From Longimicrobiales bacterium (lineage in GTDB: Bacteria; Gemmatimonadota; Gemmatimonadetes; Longimicrobiales; RSA9), in assembly GCA_038257485.1 (NCBI GenBank), contig JBBSJG010000003.1, positions 1 through 49,659 on the forward strand: a stretch of DNA of 49,659 bases, written 5' to 3'. Below are positions 16,615 to 25,665 of the stretch, in pieces. The translations under genes and the position numbers were made by a program. A model generated the notes under the pieces. That model did no database searches. It was not told where the DNA came from and saw only the letters and a program-made list of their open reading frames with translations. The stretch's first letter is position 1. The number at the start of each line of letters is the position of its first letter.

Positions 16615-19110
16615 TCATGCATGGGCCGATCGCCGTCCGGCGGCCTCCATGATGCGATCAGGTGTCGCGGGCAGCGTCCGGATGTCGATGCCGAGGTGGC
16701 GGATTGCATTGATGACAGCGGGCGCAGGCCCGTCGATCGGCAGCTCGCCCAGACCCTTGGCGCCCATCGGGCCGTGACGATAGGGCCGTTCCATGATCAC
16801 GACATCCATGGTGGGCGTGTCGAGTGTCGTCGGCACGATGTAGTTGGTGAGCGATGCATTGGCCATCGCGCCGTCCCGCATTACGACCTCCTCGAGCAGC
16901 GCATAGCCAAGTCCCTGTGCCGTACCGCCCTCGATCTGGCCGCGCACCATGACGGGATTGATCGCGCGCCCGATCTCCTGCACCGCAGTGAAGTGGATCG
17001 GCCTGACTTCGAACGTATCGCGATCCAGTTCGACTTCCGCGATGTCGCACGCCCACGCGTATGTGCCGTACGCGTCGCCTACATAGTTGACTTCATCGAA
17101 CTGCAGACCGAGCGGTGCCTCGTATTCCTGTTCGATGTGCAGCGGTCCGTTCTGCGCGAAGTGATCGGCGGGATCCATGCCGTCGAGCTGTTCGCGCATC
17201 TGTTCCGCGCAGCGCTGGAGGATGCGCCCGACCACCATGCACGTGCGGGATGCGACGGTGGGCCCGCTGTTCGGCACGTTGTCGGTGTCCGGATGCTCGA
17301 CGGCGATGCGGTCGAACGGCAGTCCGAGGGTATCCGCCACGATCTGCGCGTGCGTCGTGTGCGAGCCCTGCCCGATCTCGACAGTGCCGGCGAGGATGCG
17401 CACGCCCGTGGCGGTCGTCTCCACCGCGGCGCGCGATGCCAGCTTCCGTTCGCCGTCACCCGTGAACCCCGCGCCGTGAAAGAACAGTGCGAGGCCGATG
17501 CCGCGATTGGTCCCGCGCAGCGAGGCGCGCTTTGCGTGGTACCCACTGCGCTCCACCGCTTCGCGCAGTACATCGAGTGCACTGCCATCGGGACCGATGG
17601 TGCCGCCGGTGATCGTCGTATCACCCGGCCGGAGCGCATTGTGCTCGCGCAGCGCGACACTGTCCATGTCGAGTGCCTCGGCAATCCGCTCCATATGCGC
17701 TTCGATCGCGAACAGTGTCTGCGGTGCGCCGAACCCGCGGAACGCGCCGTTCGGCGGTGTATTGGTCATCATCGCTCGCCCGATCACGCGCACGTTGTCG
17801 CAGCGATACGGACCGCCGCAGTGCAATGCACCGCGCGACAGGACGACCGGCGTGAGCGTCGTGTAAGCGCCGCCGTCCACGAGGATGTCCACGTCCAGCG
17901 CCGTGATGGTACCGTCTCGACGGAGGCCGGTGCGATGCCGCACGCGGAACGGGTGCCGCTTCGTCGTTGCCAGCATGTCCTCAACGCGGTCATACACCAT
18001 CTTCACCGGGCGCCCCGACTTGAGTGCCAGGAGTGCTGCGTGGCACGCAAGCATTGAGGGATACTCCTCCTTGCCGCCGAACCCGCCACCTGTCGCACTC
18101 TGCACCACGCGCAGCCGTTCATCCGGCAACCCGAGCAGCACACGCAGCGCGCGCATCACGTAGTACGGACACTGCAGCGAACCGTGAATCGTGATCCCAC
18201 CATTCTCGGGCACCGCGATCACGCCGTTCGGCTCGATGTACAGCTGTTCCTGGTGACCCGTACTGTACTCACCCTCCACGATGAAGTCGGCGGCCGCGAG
18301 CGCGGCATCGACATCCCCGCGGTCGATGCGCATTCGCTTCAGCTCGACATCCGATTGTGTATAGTCCAGGATCGCGGGCTGCGTGTCGACGTCGATTTCG
18401 ACGACAGCCGCATGCAGTCGCTCCCGATCCTCGTGCGCAAGCAGCAGTACCGGCTCCGCCATGTGACGAATCTCGCGCTCGACCAGACACGGCTGATCGT
18501 CTTCGATCAGCGAGATCACGTTCAGTGCAGGGATGTCGCGGTAGTCGACAGTCGTGAAGCCCTCCGTGTCGGAAGCACTCGAACGAATCGACCGGACTGT
18601 CCCCCTGGCCGTTGCAGAGCGGATCGTGCGGCCGAAGATCATCCCCGGAAAGACCAGGTCGTCCACGTACTTCGCCGCACCGCTCGTCTTCAGCAGTCCG
18701 TCGATGCGCTCCATGGCACGGCCAACGGACGGAGCATCCAGTGCCGGGGTGACCGGAACGCGAAAAATGCCGTGCAGTGTGCTACGCGTGTCACCAGCGA
18801 CGCAATCCACGATGTCGAGGAAGACGCCCGCCGTCTCCGCATCGCGTTCCTCGAGCATTTCGAGATCGCGGAAGACCAGCATGCACGGGCGAGCGCCGGC
18901 GTCCTCCGGCCCGTACAGCGCGTCCTGCAGTGCGTCCCAGTTGAAACCGAAATGCGCAGGCAGCGGGATCGCCTGGTAGAGCGCGTGCAGCAATGATGCC
19001 TTGTCGAACACAGGCGCGCGGTCGACCCATGCCGCGTCGAAACCCGCGGCGCGCAGCGCATCGACCGCTGTGACGACGTCCTCTACGGATGGGACTGCAC
19101 GCACCATCAT
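16615..19110 (-). CDS. Barstar-like domain fused to xanthine dehydrogenase family molybdopterin-binding subunit (PucD/CoxL-like)
   Basis: aa ~1-115 carry the barstar signature DKASLL......LP.HFGFNWDALQDAL. From SVGRAMERIDG..K..G.A.YVDD onward are Mo-subunit motifs GGGFGGKE, GAFRGFG.PQ, EIGQG, GPTVASR, GQIEGG..QG.G.AL, GAKGLGE. Confidence 0.9.
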   Translation of the reverse strand: MMVRAVPSVEDVVTAVDALRAAGFDAAWVDRAPVFDKASLLHALYQAIPLPAHFGFNWDALQDALYGPEDAGARPCMLVFRDLEMLEERDAETAGVFLDIVDCVAGDTRSTLHGIFRVPVTPALDAPSVGRAMERIDGLLKTSGAAKYVDDLVFPGMIFGRTIRSATARGTVRSIRSSASDTEGFTTVDYRDIPALNVISLIEDDQPCLVEREIRHMAEPVLLLAHEDRERLHAAVVEIDVDTQPAILDYTQSDVELKRMRIDRGDVDAALAAADFIVEGEYSTGHQEQLYIEPNGVIAVPENGGITIHGSLQCPYYVMRALRVLLGLPDERLRVVQSATGGGFGGKEEYPSMLACHAALLALKSGRPVKMVYDRVEDMLATTKRHPFRVRHRTGLRRDGTITALDVDILVDGGAYTTLTPVVLSRGALHCGGPYRCDNVRVIGRAMMTNTPPNGAFRGFGAPQTLFAIEAHMERIAEALDMDSVALREHNALRPGDTTITGGTIGPDGSALDVLREAVERSGYHAKRASLRGTNRGIGLALFFHGAGFTGDGERKLASRAAVETTATGVRILAGTVEIGQGSHTTHAQIVADTLGLPFDRIAVEHPDTDNVPNSGPTVASRTCMVVGRILQRCAEQMREQLDGMDPADHFAQNGPLHIEQEYEAPLGLQFDEVNYVGDAYGTYAWACDIAEVELDRDTFEVRPIHFTAVQEIGRAINPVMVRGQIEGGTAQGLGYALLEEVVMRDGAMANASLTNYIVPTTLDTPTMDVVIMERPYRHGPMGAKGLGELPIDGPAPAVINAIRHLGIDIRTLPATPDRIMEAAGRRSAHA

Positions 19111-19559
19111 CGGATCCTGCGGAAACTGGCGTAATGGTCCGACGTGTAGAACACCTCGCCGCCCCCGCCCAGCACCAGACGCTGCGGGCCCGCGTGGTCG
19201 ACGCCCTCCGTGCGGATCACATATTCGTGGTAGTACCCGCCGCGCTGCACGGGCAGGAGCCCCTCGCGATTAGCGAAGACGCCGCCATCATTGCGGTGTC
19301 CGTCCCGCTCGCCCGACGTCGCACGCGCCACCTCCGGCGCCAGGTCGACGTCGCCACGCCATGCCACGCGGCCGTCGATGTCCCGGACCGTGACGTCCCG
19401 CACCACGAGTTCGTCCGCGGGCGACTGCGGAACCGGACCCTGATCCGCCGCCGTGCGCGACTGGACCGGCGCCGAAGGCGTGCCCGGTTCGTACGACCGC
19501 TGGACCCACAGTGCGACGATGATCGCGATGACGACGGCGACGATCTTGAGAGGTTTCAT
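19107..19559 (-). CDS. Secreted/anchored microbial guanyl-specific ribonuclease (barnase/RNase Sa, N1/T1 family)
   Basis: Hydrophobic N-terminal signal; F.NREGLLP, YYHEY (Glu), RLV.G (Arg), YTSDHY.SF (His). Its stop overlaps the start of the barstar fusion. Confidence 0.9.
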   Translation of the reverse strand: MKPLKIVAVVIAIIVALWVQRSYEPGTPSAPVQSRTAADQGPVPQSPADELVVRDVTVRDIDGRVAWRGDVDLAPEVARATSGERDGHRNDGGVFANREGLLPVQRGGYYHEYVIRTEGVDHAGPQRLVLGGGGEVFYTSDHYASFRRIR

Positions 19560-19661
19560 CCGTTCAACGTGGGCAGTACCGGCGCGGACGCGCAAGACGC
19601 ACCACGGATCGAATCGTGCACACTATGCGGGCATGACGGCAACAACGGCACGGAGAATACA

Positions 19662-20231
19662 ATGAACAACTATACAGTCGGATACATCGTCGGCAGCCTG
19701 GCAAAAGGTTCGATCAACAGGAAGCTCGCCCGCGCGCTGACCAAACTCGCCCCCGAAGGCCTCGAGATGAAGGAAATCTCATTCGCCGACCTGCCGCACT
19801 ACAGCTACGACTACGACGCGGACTACCCGCCGGTGGCGAAGGCGTTCAAGGCGGAGATCGCCGCGGTCGATGCGATCCTGTTCGTCACGCCTGAGTACAA
19901 TCGCTCCATCCCGGGCTCGCTCAAGAACGCGATCGACTGGGCCAGCCGGCCCTCCGGCACCAATGCATTCGCGAGGAAACCGTCCGCTGTGATCGGCACG
20001 TCCCCCGGCAAGATCGGCACTGCGGTCGGGCAGCAGCACCTGCGCATCATCCTCGGCTACCTCAACTCGCCGCAGATGAACTCGCCTGAAGCATACATCC
20101 AGTACGAGAAGGGTATGATCTCTGATGATCACGACGTGACGATCGCGTCGACGAAGGACTTTCTGGAGAACTACATGAAGACACTGCATGCGTTCGTCAC
20201 GCGGTTCTACCTGGCGACACCACGAACGTAG
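19662..20231 (+). CDS. NAD(P)H-dependent FMN reductase (ChrR/YieF family)
   Basis: GSL.KGS.N, TPEYNRSIPG.LKNAIDWASRP, GT...QQHLR; GGAG RBS before ATG 19662. Confidence 0.9.
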   Translation: MNNYTVGYIVGSLAKGSINRKLARALTKLAPEGLEMKEISFADLPHYSYDYDADYPPVAKAFKAEIAAVDAILFVTPEYNRSIPGSLKNAIDWASRPSGTNAFARKPSAVIGTSPGKIGTAVGQQHLRIILGYLNSPQMNSPEAYIQYEKGMISDDHDVTIASTKDFLENYMKTLHAFVTRFYLATPRT

Positions 20232-20237
20232 AACCAC

Positions 20238-20275
20238 TTGCATTCGCTCCATGACCATGGTATCGTGACCATGGA
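20238..20275 (+). promoter_or_regulatory. sigma70 promoter with tandem palindromic operators upstream of the TA module
   Basis: TTGCAT (20238-43) - 17 nt - TATCGT (20261-66) with a TGn extension; TGACCATGG repeated at 20252 and 20266, overlapping the -10. Confidence 0.65.
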
Positions 20276-20301
20276 CACGCGACAGACGGGGAGCGTTCGG
20301 G

Positions 20302-20571
20302 ATGACCTGGAAAATCAGGGAAGTGGCCGCCGGTGAGTTCAAGGCAAAGTGTCTTCAGCTCATGGACGAGGTGAACGCCAGCGGCGTGGAGCTGGTGATC
20401 ACCAAGCGAGGCAAGCCGGTCGCGAAGCTTGTGCCGATGGCGGAGCCGAAACCCGCTATGGTCTGGGGTGCGATGAAGGACCGTACGCACCTCGCCGATG
20501 GCATCGACCTCGTCAGTACGGACCCGACGGAGTGGCCGGACGATCTGGAGGACCATGAATGCTGGTGGTGA
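20302..20571 (+). CDS. vapB: Type II antitoxin, Phd/YefM family
   Basis: AGEFKAKCL.LMDEV...G.E.VITKRGKPVAKLVP. Confidence 0.9.
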   Translation: MTWKIREVAAGEFKAKCLQLMDEVNASGVELVITKRGKPVAKLVPMAEPKPAMVWGAMKDRTHLADGIDLVSTDPTEWPDDLEDHECWW

Positions 20572-20989
20572 GGCGCTGCTTCTCGACACGCACATGTTCC
20601 TGTGGCTGGTCACCGGGATGCCGGGTACCGCATCCCGGCGGTCCTGGCAGTTGATCAAGGCAGCCGCTCAACGCAATGCGCTCGCAGTGAGTGAGATCAC
20701 ATTCTGGGAGATCGCGGTCAAATCACGAAAGAAGCGACTCCACCTCGAGCCGGACACGAACACATGGCTGGCGGACGCGGCGAGGCTCCCGGGCATCGGC
20801 GTGATAACGCTCGACCGCTCCGTACTGATTGAAAGCGCGCTCCTGGAGATCCCGAGCCGTGACCCTGCCGACCGCATGCTGGTTGCGACGGCACTTCGCT
20901 ATGACCTGCGGCTGGCAACTGCCGACGCAGATGTCATCGAGGGCGCACGCTTCGTGCACCGCATGCGCGTGCTGGATGTGCGCGCGTAA
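20555..20989 (+). CDS. vapC: Type II toxin, PIN domain
   Basis: LLDTH..LW, S.ITFWEIA.K, DPADRMLVATA, L.TAD; overlaps the antitoxin end. Confidence 0.9.
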   Translation: MNAGGEALLLDTHMFLWLVTGMPGTASRRSWQLIKAAAQRNALAVSEITFWEIAVKSRKKRLHLEPDTNTWLADAARLPGIGVITLDRSVLIESALLEIPSRDPADRMLVATALRYDLRLATADADVIEGARFVHRMRVLDVRA

Positions 20990-21012
20990 ACGGCGTTCGC
21001 TTGCGCGTGTAA

Positions 21013-23685
21013 CTACTGGTCTTCCGTAAAGCTGCTCGCCAGTGCACCGAAGTCAATCGGTGATCGCGCACGCGCTCCCGGACCGCTACCCGGGTTTCGA
21101 GAATCCGACAGTGGCGCAGTGACAGGACGGAATACATCTCCGTCCCTCTCCAGCACTCCGGAATCCAGCAGCTCATCCATTGCGTCCTCGACATCGCGTT
21201 GAAATGAGCCAGGAAGGCGGCGCAGGACCTCGCTGACGGTCAACCCGTCAGCAGGAAAGGTATTCACTTCGGAAGCCACACGGCTGTAATCGTGGATGAT
21301 CGGGGTGAAGAGCGCGGTCACCACCTGGTGCGACAACAGGTTATCGCCTGCAACGCGCGGCGCCACCCAGAACCCGTTTCTGCGCACGTGGGCGCGTACG
21401 GCCCATTCGTCGCCGAATCGTTTCATTGCATCGTCATAGAACAGATGCATCCATTGCGCGTCGAACGTGCGCCGAATCTGGTCCGGCACTTCGTATGCCC
21501 CCTCCAGGCCGCTGTCGAGCACCATCCCGCCACGCCGCTCGATTTCCGATCGGAGCGCGCGCAAATCGATGTTCGCATTGGCGTGCGCAGCACAGAATGC
21601 CCGCAGGTGGAACGACGTCGCGACGGTATTCTTCTGAAGCGCTGCCATCAGGTCCCGGCTGAGCTCCCGCACGTCCGTGGACGCGTCGAGCGGGAGTGGC
21701 GCGCCACACCGGATATGGATGCGCCCCATCTGCACTCGCCCTCGCATCAGATCCCCGACCCAGCGGGCGAGCTGTACGAGCCGACCGGTATGCCTCGGGC
21801 CGCCTTCCAACTCACGCAGGAACCCGGATTCCTCTGCAACGCGGTCGTATGTGATGGAGAGCGGCAGCACAACCGCGCTCCTGCCCGTTCCCTGCACTGC
21901 GCGCAGGACGCCTCGCTTTGCGGGACGAAAACGTCGCGACCGGCTCCGCATCCCCTCAGGATAGAACGCCAATGAATGGCCCTCGCTCACCAGCGTACCA
22001 AGCTTTTCGTTTAGAGCGGGGTCGGGCTTGCCCGCGCCGCGCCGGATGAAAAAAGCGCCGGCCGCTTTCAGGACGTGTCCGACGAATGGGATATGTGCGA
22101 AGTCATCGGTTGCAGCAACGCGGGGCAGACGCAGTCCGATCCCGGGATGCGCGAAACAGAGCAGCGACGTCACCATGAAGTCCATGTAGCTGCGGTGCGT
22201 CGGTGCCAGCACGAGCACGTCGTCGGGACCCGTCTCGCGCAACGCTGCCTCGATCGCCATCTCGTCGAATGTGATCTCGATCCCGGCGAGTCGAATCACT
22301 TTGCGCATGCAGTACGCAAGTGCCCGTGATACCAGGTTGCCGTGTGGCTGCCGCAGCGCCCAGGCCGCATCCATGCCGTGCATCTGCAGCGGCGCGACGC
22401 GCGGGTCGCGTTTAAGCAGATGCTGTGATATGCCAGCCGAAACGGTCTGGATGTAGGAACGGACGTCGAACCCCTCGAGCGGCGGGAACGACGATTGGAA
22501 GTCGAAATCGAGATGTCTGAAGTAGTGAAAGCCGCTGTCCAGTGACCGAAGTGCGTCCTGCACCCGGCGGATCCGCTTTTGCTCACCGCGCTGCTTCCGC
22601 AACCGTGCGACAAATCCGGCGACGCGCAATGGCATACTGTGGTACAGCAACTCATTGACGCGAAACAGAAACGCCGACTTGCCGCGGTACCTTAACCGCG
22701 CGGGACGTTCGTGCGGATGCGCCTGAAAATATAGCTGGTGCCTGGACAGGTCGTCGAACGTGGCGGTCTGATCACGACCCGCGACCGCGTGACGCACGAT
22801 CATGGGTTGCTGCTGCCGCGGATCGAACGCGCAAGCCAGGATGCGGTCTGCGACATCGTCGCACGGCACAATGTCCGCCCGTACGTCGAGGTCGACTTTC
22901 ACAGCACGCAGATATCCTGCGCCGAGCAAAGCGACAAACGCCGCGTAGGCCGCGCGACTGTCGATCCATCCGGGAAAGGGGAAGCGGCGACAGGCGGATA
23001 TGATACTGGGTCGGACAATGGTGAGGGGCACATCGCCGCGGCGCTGCGACAGCAGTACTTCGGCAATGCACTTCGTGAGCGTATAGGTGTTCGGCTGCCG
23101 TGCTGCCGACAGAAGCGCGGGTTCGTCCGCTGAGCCATCGAGAATCGCAGCATACACCGCGTCCGCATCGAACGGCGGCGCGACCAGGGACTCGACAATG
23201 GGAACGTCCGCACCGGGATGCGGTGTCACATACGCCGTGGATACCGCGACGAGCCGCGGGACTGCAACACAACGCTGCGCGAACGCCAGCACATTCAATG
23301 CACCTGTGATGTTGGCCCGTGCCGCGGCGCCCAGACTCAGGTCGAACTGTACGGACGCCGCGCAGTGAATCACATGCGTGACCCTTTGCTGCAGTCGTTC
23401 CGCCTCCTCGTCCGCAAGGCCCAGGTCATGCTGCGTAATATCACCCGTCACGGGATGACACAGCTCGGTCCAACCGGACTCGAGCCGTTCGAAACAGGGT
23501 GACGAAGCGACTTCCTTCTCGAAGCGGTGCCCTGCTGTTCTTCGGCCTCGCGGCCGGATCACAACGTACACTTCTTCGAGGCCCAGCTCGTGTCGCCTCC
23601 GGACCAGCTCGCTGAGCACAACCTTACCGACGAAGCCGGTACCGCCCGTGAGCAGGACTCGAACGCCACGCGACGTACCGGTCAT
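21013..23685 (-). CDS. Fatty acyl-CoA reductase (male-sterility type) fused to glycerone-phosphate/glycerol-3-phosphate acyltransferase (FARAT-like)
   Basis: N-terminal TGGTGFVGK, HCAASVQF, VSTAYV, NTYTLTK (YxxxK), RPSII, PFPGWID. C-terminal PTHRSYMDF, GAFFIRR, FYPEG.RSRS, PLSITYDRV.E. Confidence 0.88.
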   Translation of the reverse strand: MTGTSRGVRVLLTGGTGFVGKVVLSELVRRRHELGLEEVYVVIRPRGRRTAGHRFEKEVASSPCFERLESGWTELCHPVTGDITQHDLGLADEEAERLQQRVTHVIHCAASVQFDLSLGAAARANITGALNVLAFAQRCVAVPRLVAVSTAYVTPHPGADVPIVESLVAPPFDADAVYAAILDGSADEPALLSAARQPNTYTLTKCIAEVLLSQRRGDVPLTIVRPSIISACRRFPFPGWIDSRAAYAAFVALLGAGYLRAVKVDLDVRADIVPCDDVADRILACAFDPRQQQPMIVRHAVAGRDQTATFDDLSRHQLYFQAHPHERPARLRYRGKSAFLFRVNELLYHSMPLRVAGFVARLRKQRGEQKRIRRVQDALRSLDSGFHYFRHLDFDFQSSFPPLEGFDVRSYIQTVSAGISQHLLKRDPRVAPLQMHGMDAAWALRQPHGNLVSRALAYCMRKVIRLAGIEITFDEMAIEAALRETGPDDVLVLAPTHRSYMDFMVTSLLCFAHPGIGLRLPRVAATDDFAHIPFVGHVLKAAGAFFIRRGAGKPDPALNEKLGTLVSEGHSLAFYPEGMRSRSRRFRPAKRGVLRAVQGTGRSAVVLPLSITYDRVAEESGFLRELEGGPRHTGRLVQLARWVGDLMRGRVQMGRIHIRCGAPLPLDASTDVRELSRDLMAALQKNTVATSFHLRAFCAAHANANIDLRALRSEIERRGGMVLDSGLEGAYEVPDQIRRTFDAQWMHLFYDDAMKRFGDEWAVRAHVRRNGFWVAPRVAGDNLLSHQVVTALFTPIIHDYSRVASEVNTFPADGLTVSEVLRRLPGSFQRDVEDAMDELLDSGVLERDGDVFRPVTAPLSDSRNPGSGPGARARSPIDFGALASSFTEDQ

Positions 23686-25646
23686 CCTGCTACGTCCCCC
23701 GTGCTTTCAGCACGATGCAATTCGGACTGAGCCGGGAAGACACCATCAGGGTCGAGCGCGGATTTCATGCGCGCACGCCATTCCATGCTCGCTGGTGACA
23801 TGATCTGAGGAATGAAGGGCATCCGGAGCTTGCCGACGCCGTGGTGATGCGAGAGCGAACCGCCCGCGTCGAGGATCTCCTGTCTCGCCAGGTTCTCGAT
23901 CTCGTGGTACGCGCCAATCGCGTCGTCGATGCCACGACCGTAGAACGCCATGTAGAAGTATACACAGCAGCCGGTCTCATAGACCTGCGTCACGCGACAC
24001 GAAACGAACGGGTTGCCGGGCAGGCCCCGCTCCCGGTGTGCGGCAAGAATTCTCGACTTGACGCGCTCGATGAGCGCACCTGCTCGACTCCAGGGCACGG
24101 ACGTCTCGAATGACTCCGCAACAATTCCATGGTGAAGAATGAAGTCGCGGATGTATGCGATCCCGAAGGTCAGCATGTAGCCCCGCCTGCCATTCTCCGC
24201 GCCGCCATTCAATCCGCGATGCCGCCGGGCAAGGCTGTGCATTCGTCGCTGCTGGTCTGCCACTTCCCTGCGCGTGCCTTCGAACACCATGGTCACCGCG
24301 ACCATCTTCTCGACATCGAATCCGAGCGGACCCGTGACAAGCCATCGCTCGGCATCCCCTCGCATGCGCTTCACGCCGCGCGGCCGCGGTTTCAGAGCCT
24401 GACCGAACTGAAATTGCAGGTTGTCCACGAGACGCACGGACGCGGGCGGCTGTGCCTCTTGCGCACAATCGTACATGAACGCAAGGCCGTCTTCGAAGCT
24501 GCGGAACAGGAGCGACGCATACTTCCGCTCGGCTGGCAGCGGAAAGAGCTTGACGACGGCGGACGTGATGATCCCCAGCATTCCTTCGCTGCCGATCATC
24601 CATTGGCGAGGATCGATGCCGATGCTTTCGCGCGGCACTGCATGCGCGCGCGTCAGACGACCAGCTGTCGTCACGACCGTCATGTCGAGCACCAGGTCCT
24701 CGATGTTGCCATACCGGTTCTTCTTCATGCCACTGGCGTTCGTGGCGATCCACCCACCGAGTGTGGAGAACTCGAAGCTGTCCGGCTCGTGGCCCATGGT
24801 GAACCCGTATTGCTCGAGCTGCGCCTGGATCTGACGCCCCGTGGCACCCGCCTGGATGCACGCCATGCGGTCGACCGGGTCGATCCACTCGATCCGGTTC
24901 ATCCGTGACATGTCGACAGAAACGATTGTGCGCGTTTCTTCGGGCAGGCAGCGGAGCGCCTCGGTCACATTGGTGCCGCCGCCGTATGCGGACAGGACCG
25001 CGCCATGCTCGACCGCCAGCACCACCAGGGACGATACCTGCGATTCCTCAAGCGGGAACACAACACAGTCCGGGATGCGCGGAAACCCGGACGACCGGAT
25101 GGCATCCATCTCGGCAACGGTATGCCCGTGGCCATGCCGAAGTCTCGTGGTATCATCTGTTGTCACCTGGCCAGCGCCGAAGATCCCGGCCAGCGCCTGG
25201 ATGAACGCGGGCGAGGCCGCACTTCGTGGAATCGGCGGCGGATATCCGATCGCCCCGGTCTCGACCTGCCCCTCGTCGACCGGAAAATCAACGCCGATGA
25301 CCCGGCGGAACCACGGCAGAAGCGAGGATAGCACTTCACCGCTGAGGCCCGGATAGCGATTTCCCGACACAGTGAGGTTCCCTCCGTCGAGACCGAATGA
25401 TGTGTCTGCGAAACCCCAGCCATCGGGACGGATCGCGTCCTCATCTGCCCCAACCGCCGGTAGGCTGGGCGGATCGATGCGCCTCGGCCTCACGTCTGTA
25501 TTAGGTATTCCCGCAATTGGTGACGAACGCTTCAAGATGCTCTCCAACTTCACATGTGGGTCCTCGAGACAGCCTGTTGGCCGGCTCGAGACCGGCCGGT
25601 CATTGTCGGAGATCGGAGACCCCAATGCAACATCCGCGCTCCCCAT
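23682..25646 (-). CDS. Alkyl-dihydroxyacetonephosphate synthase (FAD-linked, AGPS/ADPS)
   Basis: GWGF.D..F, HGHT, YGGGTNV, GHEPDSFEFSTLGGWI.T.ASGMKKN.YGNIEDLV, PASVRLVDN.QFQFGQAL, ESFETSVPW, CRVTQ.Y..G.CVYFY, GSLSHHHGVGKLR. Start uncertain (25646 or about 25556). Confidence 0.92.
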   Translation of the reverse strand: MGSADVALGSPISDNDRPVSSRPTGCLEDPHVKLESILKRSSPIAGIPNTDVRPRRIDPPSLPAVGADEDAIRPDGWGFADTSFGLDGGNLTVSGNRYPGLSGEVLSSLLPWFRRVIGVDFPVDEGQVETGAIGYPPPIPRSAASPAFIQALAGIFGAGQVTTDDTTRLRHGHGHTVAEMDAIRSSGFPRIPDCVVFPLEESQVSSLVVLAVEHGAVLSAYGGGTNVTEALRCLPEETRTIVSVDMSRMNRIEWIDPVDRMACIQAGATGRQIQAQLEQYGFTMGHEPDSFEFSTLGGWIATNASGMKKNRYGNIEDLVLDMTVVTTAGRLTRAHAVPRESIGIDPRQWMIGSEGMLGIITSAVVKLFPLPAERKYASLLFRSFEDGLAFMYDCAQEAQPPASVRLVDNLQFQFGQALKPRPRGVKRMRGDAERWLVTGPLGFDVEKMVAVTMVFEGTRREVADQQRRMHSLARRHRGLNGGAENGRRGYMLTFGIAYIRDFILHHGIVAESFETSVPWSRAGALIERVKSRILAAHRERGLPGNPFVSCRVTQVYETGCCVYFYMAFYGRGIDDAIGAYHEIENLARQEILDAGGSLSHHHGVGKLRMPFIPQIMSPASMEWRARMKSALDPDGVFPAQSELHRAESTGDVAG

Positions 25647-25665
25647 AGCATAACGGACGCCGCAC

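Noticed and set aside
19089-19661. Apparent N-terminal extension of the FMN reductase
   Set aside because: It lies antisense to the RNase gene; an RBS and ATG at 19662 give a normal-length protein.
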